A stretch of DNA of 20,567 nt from Halocafeteria seosinensis (lineage: Eukaryota), in assembly GCA_001687465.1 (NCBI GenBank), contig LVLI01000090.1, positions 62,001 through 82,567 on the forward strand. Reading direction: 5' to 3'. Below, one piece after another: positions 1 through 12,000 of the stretch (the stretch's first letter is position 1; every line of letters begins with the position of its first letter). The notes beneath the pieces were generated by a model, which had not been told where the DNA came from, searched no databases, and saw only the letters and a list, made by a program, of their open reading frames with translations. The position numbers and the translations under genes are program-made.

Positions 1-3000
1 AGCACGAACCGACGCCAAATCTGTCGAAGTAAATGACTCTTGACGCTCCATAGAGTTAAAAACGGGTTCGGTTCGTTCTGGTAGCATGTTCGTCGGGAAT
101 CCTGGACCCTGGGAATGTCGCGGTAAAGCAGAAGATGCGCTTCCACTGGCAGAAGCAGGAAAATGCGATGCTCTAACTGCTGCTGGTCTCACGGTCGCTG
201 GAACAGCAGTTAACCCAAGACTCTGCGTTGGGGGGCCAGAACTGCTACCCATTCCCTTTGTTTCTTTCGCACGATAAACAGGTTGGCTGAGTAGCGGGGG
301 TATAAATTTCTTCTGCTCTTTCTTGCGGATAACACCGTAGTTAACACCACCTTTGATTCGGACATTCAAAGTAATAAACCCTACGGCCTTGGCCTTGCTG
401 GAAGCGGTCCTCGTAAACCTTGAGTTTTTCGGCACACGAATATTGGATCTGGGGTCGTTATAGTAATCGGAATACATCTCTGAAAACACCCTATCACAGG
501 GGTTCCACAGATACGGGTCGACCTTTTCAGAAACGTTTTCGCGTCCGTAAGGACCAATTCCAAAAGCGTTCTTGGTAGCAGTCTGAGTAAGGTCACCTTC
601 ATGTAACTCCTGCTTGACTTCTGCCAATTTCTGTGAAACACCCTTCTCCTCGGACCTGGTTGCAGAGGAGTACAATGGACCAGCGGGGACTGGTATCACT
701 GCGCGGCCAACAAAGCCCCGGACAGGGCTGGGGTGGAACTGCAAACTGTTTTCATTGTACGATTGCAGTCTACTAGAAATATCCACCGGTTGAAGATTTG
801 ATAGATTCCGTGTTCTTTCCACATCCCTTGCATATTGAGCGTCATAAGAGTCCGAAGCCAATCGAGAAGCAAACGCCGTGGTCTCTTGGTCCATCTCATG
901 CATCCGTTGAGTCTCTTCTTCATTAATATCTTCTAGCAACTCATCATCGCTAATTACGTGATCACTGGAGGCATTTAAATCCTGGTGTTTCAAGAATTGT
1001 ATCCAATCCTCATTTCCGTAGTGCCTTTGTCTCGCCGCAGCGTTAGCCTCGTAGCTCGGTGGAAACGAGTCATCAGAAACAACGTCCCCGTACTTTGATT
1101 CATTACCAGTCCACAGATCAATCAATGCCTCAGGTGTCTCAGTGAAGCGAGAGACGTCGTATGCTTCCTGTCCCTGGATCTGGTGAGAGGAGGCTTCCGG
1201 TGGAGTCTGGTCAATTTTTTTCTTGTGTTTTTGTTTCCTCTTGTAGACTTCGGCAGCATAATGTAGGATTTCTACTCTGCGCCACTGCGATTCTAGTCGG
1301 TTCCAATGCCACAGTCGTAGAAAGTTAGCCATCCTTAGTTTCCTCGACTGCTCAAGGAGTTCCGCACGAGTATTGTCAGCGAAAATATTGGATGGGTCAG
1401 ATGCGGCGATCAAAGCAGGCAGTACAATGGGCAACAGGATGGGATCGTGAAACGGAATCAACTCTCTTGCAGCTTCGGCGGCGGTTCTGGACAAGTTCGC
1501 TTCACGCGCTGCTTGGACAGCCGGGAACAAAGAGCCACTTGATCTTGTGGGAACCGAGGAATCTTGAAACCAATCCGATGGTTTCGGAATTTTATTCCTG
1601 ATAACTTCCAGCCACGCAGAAGGAGATAGCAACGTTGGCGAGGGAGGAAGAAACGGGGGGAAGTTCCGCATACACACGCTGTAATCCCGAAACGACAAAG
1701 ACGAGCGAGTTTGGAGCTGCAACTGCAGCCCCCTTAGAAGATAGGCTTTTAGCGTGCGGTAATCCTCCGAGCTCAGGTCTGTGAGCATATCGTGTATATC
1801 GTTCTGGTACCGTTTGCGCTCAAATTTGCTGTTGCTGTTAGCAATGGCGCGTCGGGCTTTCATTATGGATTCCATGAGCTCTATTCGGCGCCGCTTTGCC
1901 TCTTCCAATTGTTGTCGTTCGTACTCTTCTTTCTCTTTCTGCGAATCGATGGTCAAAAGTGAAATCATCCAAAATAACCATGGAGAGAGCGGTCAGCGCG
2001 GCGTACCTTAGTCATTCGAGATAGTATCCTGTGTCGAATCCGTTTGCCTTCAATCTCCTTTGCGAGTTCCAGCAGACGTTGTTTTTGAGTCATTTCGCTC
2101 TCTTCGATTTTCTTTATTTCTTCCTCCTCTCTCTCAGCCTCCAGGGATGCTAGCCGATTACTTACCCGTCTAGGTCCGGACCTTAACTGACGTTGTTTTT
2201 CTTCTCGCCGCCTCCTTCTCGCCTCCTCAGCAATAGCTTCATCTAAATCGCCAAAATGCTGCAACAAAGTGTCCTTCAGATCACCATTTATACTACTAGC
2301 TTTTCGCTTCTTCGCAGACTTTGACAAACGAGTTGTGGAATCCGGTGCATGACGCTCTATCAACTCTTCAATGTTTTCGACAAAGTCTTTCACCTCTTGT
2401 GGCCCGTCGGCAACAATTTCCCAACCGAACCTCAATGGTTCTACGCTTTTGACCTCATAGCACACTCCCCCTGTTGCAAAATCGTCCACGGAGCTATCGC
2501 TACTGTATGCGTCTTCACCATCACCATCGCCTTCCACGGTCTCATGGCTTCCCTTTTGTTGGTCGGTCGACCCCAAAAGACCAAGACGAAAACGCCGAGC
2601 TTTCACAGAATGCCCATGGATACTCTTCTCTTTATCAAATGACTGGCGGTAAATACGGAAGTCCGGAAGCTGCATGTGGCATATGCTCGTGCAAATAAAG
2701 AAGCGTTGCTGGACCGCTCACGGACACGTTTCGCTTACGCTGGAAATAAGGAAGTAGTCGTTTCCTTTACTGTCGAACCCAATCTTGCCGTGACGAAGTT
2801 CCCGCGGATCAATATTCCGAAGTACTTCTCCTAGCTCCGTACATGCCCTTACATTGTATTCCACCAGCGTCTTTAGAATAATCACTCGAAGTTCAACAGG
2901 GCACTCAGCAATGGATCTTTCTTTGAGCGGGTTCCTGAAGGGTAGGAAAAAGAGTGTGATTTATTTCATTTCACGTGAACATTAACAACAGACAACACGC

Positions 3001-4412
3001 TCACGTTTTGCCAAATTCAACCAATAGACTTCTCCATCCGTACTCCTCATCAGTTTCAGCATCCGTAACTATTATAGTCTCTTCTGGCGTCTCCTTGTTA
3101 GACGTTTCGTGGCTTCCATTATCCTTGCTGTTTTCTCTTCCGGTTGCAGCGCTTGACGAATCCTCCTGCTCGTCACTGTCTGAATCTTCTTGATCTTGCT
3201 GCTCCTTCATATTTATTTTTTCCCGCAGAGCTCTCCATCTCTCAAACCTGAAGGCAGCGAGGGTACACAATAAAAGCCTCAAAAAAGCTCCTTAGTCCTG
3301 CTACGCACTTACCAGTCATTGAATTCGTCTTTCAAATGCGTGGACCAGTACTGGTACGGAAACCCTTCACCCCTGCCACAACAAAAAAAAGGGGGTGGAT
3401 GTTTATAATATGCTTCAACACTAGGCACTATCCTTACACTTTGAGCAACTTCCTGTTCTGCGACCGTGATAAGAGTAGCTTCGTGAACAATTCATCCATT
3501 AAATCGCTATGCTGGATGTTCACTATTGATTCCTGCATGCCAAACGAGCCAGGGACTGTCAACATACACCAAAGTGCAAACAGGTAGCAGCATCCGTTCC
3601 AGCGTACCTCCAATTCGTTCATAGAAAAACTTCTTAACTTTAACGCATCCTTAACCAAGTATAACACCATTGCCACACTGGGGACTTCCCACAGCTTCTT
3701 AACGTATTGCAATTCATCTGTACTTGGACCATTAATATCCACAAAACAAAGTGCAGAAAAGCCTAGAGGATCATCGGAACCCTATAGTCATTTTTTCCAG
3801 TGGCATAAGGACGACTTAACTTCCTTGCTTCGCCCTTCGCCTCTACTCTCGGAATCAAAACATACCTTTTGGAGGCTTTTCCAGCGCTTCCAACGCCTTG
3901 CCTTCATCCTTCTTGCGCGACTTGCCGCTGAATCTTTTCCTCGAGGAAGATGACGAGGAAGCCGGAGCAACAATTCTTTGCCGTTTGCTACGTCCCGTGG
4001 AGGACGTAGTCGATTCCTGATCATCCTGCTTCTCCTCTCCTTGCCGTTTTCTACTCAATGAACGGCGTCCTTTGCTTCCCTGGCGGGTGGAGGAGGAGTA
4101 CGATGCATTATCAGCTTCATCCTCCGCCCCTGAAATGGGGGTCGTATCTTCCGAACGAGCTTTGGTATCTTCCAGGGAGGAAGAGGCCGGTGAATTCCTC
4201 GTTGGAGGGCGATTTCCTTGCTGAGAGGAATTCATGTTGGAGAAATTCTCATTTTCAGAGCCTCCTGTTCTCCTCGATGGGTTCTTTCGTGTCCCACCGG
4301 GGGTACGAGATGCATGCTGAGGTGGTTCATTGTCCCCCGTGGCAGGCATATAAAACGTGGTTTGGCGTCGGCGACGCCCTCTACGCTCATTATCGCGGCC
4401 ATTGGAATCCAT
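1..4412 (-). CDS. DDT/WHIM-domain protein (ISWI-associated chromatin-remodelling subunit, RSF1/CECR2-like); 3' end lies outside the window
   Basis: Manually spliced exons 4412-3866, 3762-3608, 3532-3438, 3372-3313, 3247-3005, 2934-2739, 2669-2007, 1938-<1, all GT-AG with consistent phase (at least 1299 codons); the intron 1 acceptor is the least certain. DDT-like LWEVPSVAMVLYLVKDALKLRSFSMNELEESI; WHIM1-like PVELRVIILKTLVEY; WHIM2-like LRHGKIGFDSKGNDYF...RIYR; WHIM3-like WEIVADGPQEVKDF; then coiled coil. The last exon is stop-free to base 1 and is absent from the ORF track. Confidence 0.8.
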
Positions 4413-5221
4413 GGCTTCCTTTCCTCGTTTCCCTTTGTTTCTCTACAATTTCTGATCCTTAATACACATTCAATCACTTGTATACACTAGAGAGAATCCT
4501 TGTCGAAAAGTGTACATTCACAGAGAATGCGTACCGGAGCTGTGGGAGACGAAAAACACAATCAAAGAGGCACCAAAACACGGCTTTATTCAACCAAGCA
4601 CCAGCATTTGAATTCCGGCTCCCCTTTAACACCACTCCCTTACCCTTCTATGTTCACATAGGGGAATCCTAAGGGGGTACGGATTCCCCGGTGCTTTTTG
4701 GAGTTTTCCACGGTGACGCCCGTTGGGACCCACCGACCACACTAAGGAAGTACGGCGAAGCAAAGACCGAGTCACCTTGATCGCGAGGAATGCAAAAGAG
4801 CTACGCGGCATGGGAAACTTCACGTTTTGAAATGACGGTGCCACCGGTACTTCCACTGCTGGGACTGTATCTAGTACCATTTTTGTAGTGTGTATTTTGG
4901 TGCGAGGCAACGGAGTTACACTCTGATATCGCTCTAAGCACACCATGCTACATTGCTAGCGAGCAAATGTTGAAGAACGTATCTGCGACGGAGAGGTTCT
5001 TCAGTGTCTGACAGTGGGCCAGCGTGCATCTTGTAAGTTCACCAATGGCCATCAAAGTTGCAGACCGCTTCCGTGATCTACTTGGTGCCTATAGCACATA
5101 CTGGCCCCGTACCGTCGTCCTCCTGTCGGTAGATAGATAATCTAATGGATTGGGTACGTTTTTCCGAATGAGACTCTGCTCTTGTCTAGCCATGCCGAAT
5201 CAATTATTGTAAGTTCTGAAG

Positions 5222-6823
5222 TCACATATGTTTGTGCTTTTGAGAGTTCGAGGCGTCATCCACACGCCGCGCATGGATTATATATTCCGAATAGATAATC
5301 CGATTTAGCCACATGAGTATAGCATACACAAGGACAAAAATGGACAGGTATTGAATCCAAGCTTGTTTGAAAATAAAAATGATAGAAGGTCGAGTCCTGC
5401 ATGTGAAACAAATAAACCGGTGTTTCCAACCTGCCGGCAGGAGACTTTCGTGTACGATTTAAGCTTACCATATTTGTACCTTTGAGCTGCGAACATCCAT
5501 GTTTAGTTTAAAGTATCTATTAGCGCCAGCAAGTCCAGCGGTATCCGCCCCTGTAACTGGGTCATACGCAGTTTCGGCTTGCCAACCGGATATGGCAGGT
5601 TGCTCAACAGATATTGTAACTGGACAGTCCATAATATGAAAAACCATAGTGACGAATGACACGTATAGCCTATTTCAGCTACAGTCATACGTACAATTTC
5701 TGCGAGTATAGCGAGAGACTATGCTCTCCGGACGAATGTCTCTGATCTTAGTATCCCTGTTTAAGGGAGTAAACTCTCTTCCCTGAAACAAGCAAGATAC
5801 TTCATGCCACTATACGCTCTTTGAGATGTTAGTGCCTTTTTCGTGCTTACCCCAAAAGGACGTAGCACGCCACCTCCCATACTGATACGGGACCTCTGGG
5901 TAAATTTGAGATCGCCGCTAACTGTGGCTTGCCTTCCAGGAACTCCGCTCGATACCTGGTGAGATGAAGATGAGGACAACCACCACTATACTGGTACGAG
6001 ATTTACTCACTCTAACGATTGTATCGCACTTACACTTGCTGATAGCATACCGTCCATTTCAAACCGCTTCTCATCCTGATAAACCAACACAAACTGGTGC
6101 TTACACAACCCGAAATTCTAAAGTTGATTAATTTTCTTACCTTAAGCATAAAGTTATAAAAAGCAAATACTGATATTGAATGTATTTGCTCTTCGAATTG
6201 CAACGGCATCGCAACGCTCAAGTAGTTAACATCCGGAACGTTATCCAAATTTGTATCGCCCCACGAAGTCTGCATTAACAACGGAATTCAATAGCTTTTT
6301 CCACCCACTCCTTTTCTCAACAGAAGGATACTTGGCAACAGACGTACTCGAACTTGAGGGACTCGTGCAACATTATCCCCCAACCTATCATTTAGATCTT
6401 GCGAAGTGGTCCATGCCAGCTCCATGGGTTGCTTGGCTCCGGTTTCATTATCGAATCGGAAGCCCTGGAGCGTCAAAACGCAGGATCGTCCTCATCACCG
6501 TTAGTCCTTCATTATCCTCATCCAACCAACCACTTACATGAAGGAAAACAATAAGCTTTTGTTGATATGTTAATACAGGTTGCTCATAGACCAGGGAATT
6601 CCGGGTCCAAAAATCTGTATACAGAGTCTTTCCGGTGACCACAGGCATCCCGTACGGCGTGATACATGAGCGTAAACGTACTATCCGTAAGTATCCCGAG
6701 GAAAAGGGGCAGTAATAAGGCTATAATGTAGGTTAGAATGCAGAGACAGGAGGCTAAAGAGCACACTCCACTGGCATAATAGCGGCGTTTTAAGGGGTTA
6801 TTGTACACTTCAAAGGCCCCCAT
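5222..6823 (-). CDS. TMEM231: Transmembrane protein 231, ciliary transition-zone (MKS module) component, 341 aa
   Basis: Nine exons 6823-6682, 6614-6538, 6464-6348, 6269-6141, 6075-6034, 5955-5851, 5782-5695, 5619-5469, 5396-5222 (1026 nt, phases consistent). Family-typical segments: EVYNNPLKRRYYA, FWTRNSLVYEQP, VPGRQATVSGDLKFTQ, IFKQAWIQYLSIF; one TM helix near each terminus. Confidence 0.92.
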
Positions 6824-7055
6824 TATGCAGTCTCACACTCTCTCTGCTCATATACTGTAATACTAGGTGGTGGTATATTATCAATGGGGTCATAAAGGAG
6901 ACAAATAGCGCGCTTAACGTCCATTCACATGATTTGAATTGTCATTGTGAAGCCACCGTGTGCTCTATTACCCATGAATGACCCGATGTACGATGAAATG
7001 AATGGTCAAAGTAGATGGTAGGATGGGTAGATCTGCGTATTTGGGTTAGAATAGA
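6824..7055. promoter_or_regulatory. Putative bidirectional promoter region between divergent TMEM231 and GPR89
   Basis: Only 232 bp separate the two divergent ATGs (6823 minus, 7056 plus). No specific motif identified. Confidence 0.55.
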
Positions 7056-9081
7056 ATGGACGTAGCGGCAGCAGGAGACCATGATTTCACGAGCCTCCTG
7101 GAAACTCTAAGCGCTGATTTCTTGGAAATATGTCTTATGACAGCCTCTTATTTGCTTCCTACGGCCCTCTCTTTCATTATTTTCGAAGTATGGATCTTCC
7201 AGTACTACCGTGTGGACAGGAGAAGCGTGCAGCTCCTCTTCTCGGTCACATTTGGACTGTCATTGAACATGCTACTATTGGTCATTTTCGAGATTTTAAG
7301 TGAGTTACAGCTTCCATTGCATCATACAAGGGCATACCAAGTGAAACGGGGCTCCAAATGTTGTGATTGAAATGGTGCAGCTTTACTGACGCCGACACTT
7401 CGGTACATAATGTGGGAAGTGGACCTCGTGGGATTGACGTTCTTACTACTACTTCCTCTTCCAGCGCTCTGTATTTACACAGTTCTGGAGTATGTTGCCC
7501 GATTTGCTGATTTGATGGGAATGAGGATGCTCTGATTGCTTTTCGTTTCCCCAATGCAGGGAACATGGTTTCTCGATCCATGTAGCTCGGTTCTTCATGT
7601 TAGTCTGTGAGCTTTTATACCTCCTGCTTTACTGGAGAATAGGCCACTACTTCCCGATTACAAGACACCAGAGCCACGGTGCGTATTCTCGCTAGCTTTT
7701 TGGGATTTTGCCATACGAAATGTACCGAAGTCTTACGGCGTATTCAGATTTGCTGACGATTGAGGGGAACATTGGTCGGATTGGGATCATTGGAGTAACT
7801 ACAGCTGCAATTCTCAGTGGTTACGGTGCAGTTTCGACCCCATACAACTACATATCGTCCTTCTTACAGTGCGTTAATTTGTGCCCCAGATTTCTGCGCG
7901 CTCCACATAAAAATTTTGAGTGTTGCTCGCGCAGGTATGTCACTGAGGAGAGTGTAGATAATCAGGCAGAACAAATTAAATCGTTGGAGGATATTATTTT
8001 ATATAAGCAACGGGAATTAAGGGTAATAGAGATGAGAGTGCTGAACAGGAGGCAAGCTGTAATGCTTGAAGATGCTGAGACTAGGAACTATTATCATCCG
8101 ACTCATGAGGAGGTTCTCGATTTGCCGGTATCATCATGGGAACACTTGTGGACATTTTTCTCAAGCAGACAAGAGCACCCAGACGTGCTTCGATTATTCC
8201 AAGAAAAACAAGAGAAAGAAAAGGAAATAGAAGTCATGAGAACAGCCTTTGATAGTGAGTATAAGATCTACGTTGAACTGATTGACGCCCTCTCGAAGGC
8301 AAAGCGAGCACAGACCATACGCGGAAGGTTTTTGAACCTCCTGGGTTGGATCCTCAGTGGTTATGGTGTATACAAGTAAGTACCCTTAATGAAAGTTAAA
8401 CCCCAAAGATTTGCAAACAATATTTACGAAACACACAGAATCTTTATGGCCACAATCAATATCTTGTTCTCGAGGGATCCGACAAAGGATCCAATCACAA
8501 GAGGTACGACGCAACGCTGGAACGGAGTTTTTCTCGAACATAATGGTGACCATTATTGTTTACCTGCAGGCTTTGAAATTGTGTTAACCTTTTTCAATGT
8601 ACCAGACGCGAATATGCTAGTGCAGCCGGTGTCATTCGTCTTTATTGGAATTCTGGTGTTCTCCAATGTCCGGGGTTTCCTTACAAACGTTTACAAGTTG
8701 TTTAAGCTCTACTCCTCTGAGAAGAAATCGAATTCGATAACGCTCCTGGTTACGTCCATCATGGCGAGTTACTTTGTATCAACTGTACTGCTGATGAGAA
8801 TGGCACTGCCGCCAAACTATAGGTATGTCGACAGGTGTGGTCGTAAGAGAAGAGCAGGCTAAACGAGTTGCGTTACTATCATACACCACAGGCAAGCAAT
8901 AACACGAGCAGTGGGGGACATTGAATTTAATTTTTTTCACCGGTGGTTCGACGCGATTTTCATTGTAGCAACGGTGATCACGATCATTGCATATATCTTA
9001 ACAACGAACTTAGCAGGTTCCCCCGAAGGCGATTCGACGGCATTCTTCATAAGAAAGAAGCCTCCATCAAAAATCTCTTGA
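7056..9081 (+). CDS. GPR89: Golgi pH regulator / GPR89 (GPHR, GTG) family protein, 513 aa
   Basis: Eight exons 7056-7299, 7381-7489, 7560-7678, 7748-7868, 7935-8375, 8439-8503, 8570-8822, 8892-9081 (1542 nt, phases consistent). Hallmarks: VQLLFSVTFGLSLNMLLLVIFEI, WRIGHYFPI, RIGIIGVTTAAILSGYGAVSTPY, KDPITRG, MASYFVSTVLLMRMALPPNYR, FNFFHRWFDAIF. Confidence 0.95.
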
Positions 9082-9087
9082 GGCATG

Positions 9088-12000
9088 TCAAACATTCTCG
9101 TCGTCACCAGCTCTGGCGACCGTCAGTTGCCATGGAAGCCGCTTGACCAATTCCGAGTAAATGTCCCATGGCTTTTTGAACAGCTTCGTAGTGGACAATA
9201 ACTTCGAATAATACAGTCGCGCTGCGCAGCTGGAGAGATCACACACGCCCCCGCTTAATTGCTGGAGTCCGAATGCCACAGTGTTGATATTAAGCACGAT
9301 TGCGTTGCTGAAAGCGGAAGGACCTCTTCCAGGACCCAAGTCGTAGCCCTGCTTTCTGCGAGCCTCTCGCTTTCGCGCCGTCGAGTGAGCACTGAAATCG
9401 CCTTCGAATTGGCTAGTCGTCTCTGCAGATGGAGCCTTTATCCGGGTGGATGCTGGCATCCCTTTCTGCTCTGCCAGACTCTTAAATGGTGCCGACTCTG
9501 TGCTGGGTGCACTGGAACCCAGAGGAGGCAACTCTTGTTGTGGACTCCCTTCCTTCTCATTTTGTTGGCTCGACCGTTTCATTCCCTGTTTGCCCTCAGA
9601 CGCCTTTTGTGTTTGGATGTCGTTCTGTGAGTCCTTTTTGCCTTGTTGTTGACCTCGGATTTCAACTTCAGCCGTGTCATCTTCAGGAGAGACTTCATGA
9701 TCTAACCGAGCCTGCCGTGTTTCCAGAATTCGGGCTTCCGTGAACCGAGCAAACAGCTTTTGAAAGTCTTCCAAGCAGTCTGAGACGGAATCAGAGCTCT
9801 TCTCTAAAGAAAGTAAGACCACTTTGGCATTTTGGACTTCCTCCTGTTGCCGCTTGGAAATATGTGGCTCGATATCGTTTAAGTGTGTTAGTAAAGAAGC
9901 TTTCCTTCCACCAGGGGATTCCTCATCTTCTGGAGCTCCATACGCCTTACTCATTTCACGAATTTCCCTGGCGTTTCGTTCATGAAAAGAAGCTTTCCTT
10001 CGATTTGCTTCGTCTTGCCGGTGCTTAAACCTCGTTCGCTGGTTCGTATGGATGTTCTCAAGCAAATGCAAAATCGCAATGATGTTGTTTGTGGTCTCTG
10101 AGATGGCCAACTGCAGTCGGTGCATTTTGGGGATCAATGGGAGCAGCAGGTGAATACCCGACAGCACACTGTCTTCTTCCGAATCGATCGCTGCACATTC
10201 CTCTTTCTTCCAGTTGGACAGCCGTTGCAAATAGTATGCGTGTTGTCGAAGCAATGATCGACGAGACTCATTGATAGCGGTAACGGCTCGAATGCAGCGC
10301 TGCAAGATGCTCACGAAATTGTGATACAATACGGCTTGCTCCGAAAAAGGCGTGTACCAGAGCTCTGGCTCAATTTCAGCCTCTGGGATCGTTTCTGACA
10401 AAGCATTAAGCTCCTTTTCAATTGCTGCAATTCGACTTGTGGGATCATACCTAATTCTGGAAGGGTTCCCATCCCGCACCGAAAATGCTTGCTGGTTCTG
10501 GTACATGCCTCGACTCCTGTCCAACATTTGACGGACATTGCTTAAGTTTTGCGCTGCCGACGGGGCGTTCGACGTTATTTTTCCAAGGCCACTCTGCAGT
10601 CGGAGTGTCTCAGAAGATCTTTGACGGACCGCGGCACTTTGATCAACGTCAGCGTTCGGAAGCATTGCACCTTGGGCAATGTTCTGTTCACCTGCCTCGT
10701 GCAGGAACATCAAATATGTTTGCAGTGTGTCTGTTATCACACAATCCAATGACTTCAGAGCCTTCAATGAGCGACTGTGCACTTGCTGGGAAGCGCGGAT
10801 GGGAAGTAGAACTTGACTAATGCACAGTAGAAGAAGGATACCGACCACAGTGTGCAGCACACGTCCCAATGCCGCCCCAGCGGTAATATCGATACTGTTT
10901 GGATTATCTGGGTAACCGGTGCCCAGCATTACCATTGGTGCCGTGAAACCGGCGTTTCTCGCTACCAGTTCATAAACATTATAATTGTCTGAAGCTGCAT
11001 ACATGCATATACCGTTGAAAACCGTAAACGCAGCAGCTGTTGCCCAGCGATTGGCGTTGGCTATGACTATCGTCATATAGCCGAAGATGCATCCGATTAC
11101 CTGAATGGAAAAGCATACTGATATTAATGGGGAATACCAAGCTAGGCGCCATCTGCCTGAATTACGTACTGTTCCAAGTAGTCTGATGGAACCACCTCGG
11201 AAATTGCTACCTGCCGAAGTACCGGCGATAAACGCCGCTGAAACTGGAGCCCAATACTGCGCGAACGGAACACAAAAACAGGCGTAGATGGCAAATGAAG
11301 AGACCGGAGCACCAGATAGTGTTCACTTACCGAGTACGGAAAGCGCTCCCTTAGGTATGGCACAATCGGGAGAGCAGTTGAAGCGACAACAGCTGCGGTT
11401 ACATGAACTGCTCGTCGAACTATTACTTTTTCTTTGGCTCTCTGAAAGAGTTCTGAAATTTCGTAAGCAGCTTTGCCTGCAAAGTTTCGCCGTGCGCGAA
11501 GAGTTTCTTTTTGGTACCATGCACGTGTCTCTGGCCAAGCATCTACTTTCTGTTGAGCTGGTCTCTGTTCCACTAGTGGTGTTCCGAGTGAGAATCCACC
11601 CGGATCGCTATCTTGTCGATTCAACGTCTTGCTTAACTCTGGCGAGGCGAATACCGGTACATTCTGCGGATTCCTGTCACAGGCAATCTGACCAGACTGA
11701 GTTTCTCTCTGTTGTAACGATTGCTGTCGTTCCACAGCAGACATATTAACATTTACAGATGCATGAAGCGGAGCCTTGCGGTCCTCTCCTTCTCCTTCCT
11801 CACTCTCGTTGGATGCATGCTTTAGACCACATAATTCGTCAGCAGACTCTATCGTCAGCCAGGCCGTACGGATGACACAGAACAGGAAGGTACTAATGGG
11901 TGCCATGGCAGCACTGAGCATCATGGCGTTGGTTTGAGTATCATCCTGTTCTTGTTCAGATTGACGGTCAAAGGATGTTTGCGTTTGTGTATCTGAGCCT

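Noticed and set aside
4626..4946. 106-aa minus ORF, and a possible snRNA or RNase P gene in the intergenic gap
   Set aside because: No recognisable protein motif or splice structure, and no convincing conserved ncRNA boxes.
5430..5441. 12-bp palindrome CCTGCCGGCAGG in the last TMEM231 intron
   Set aside because: A single short palindrome, within chance expectation; introns share no evident sequence suggesting introner elements.
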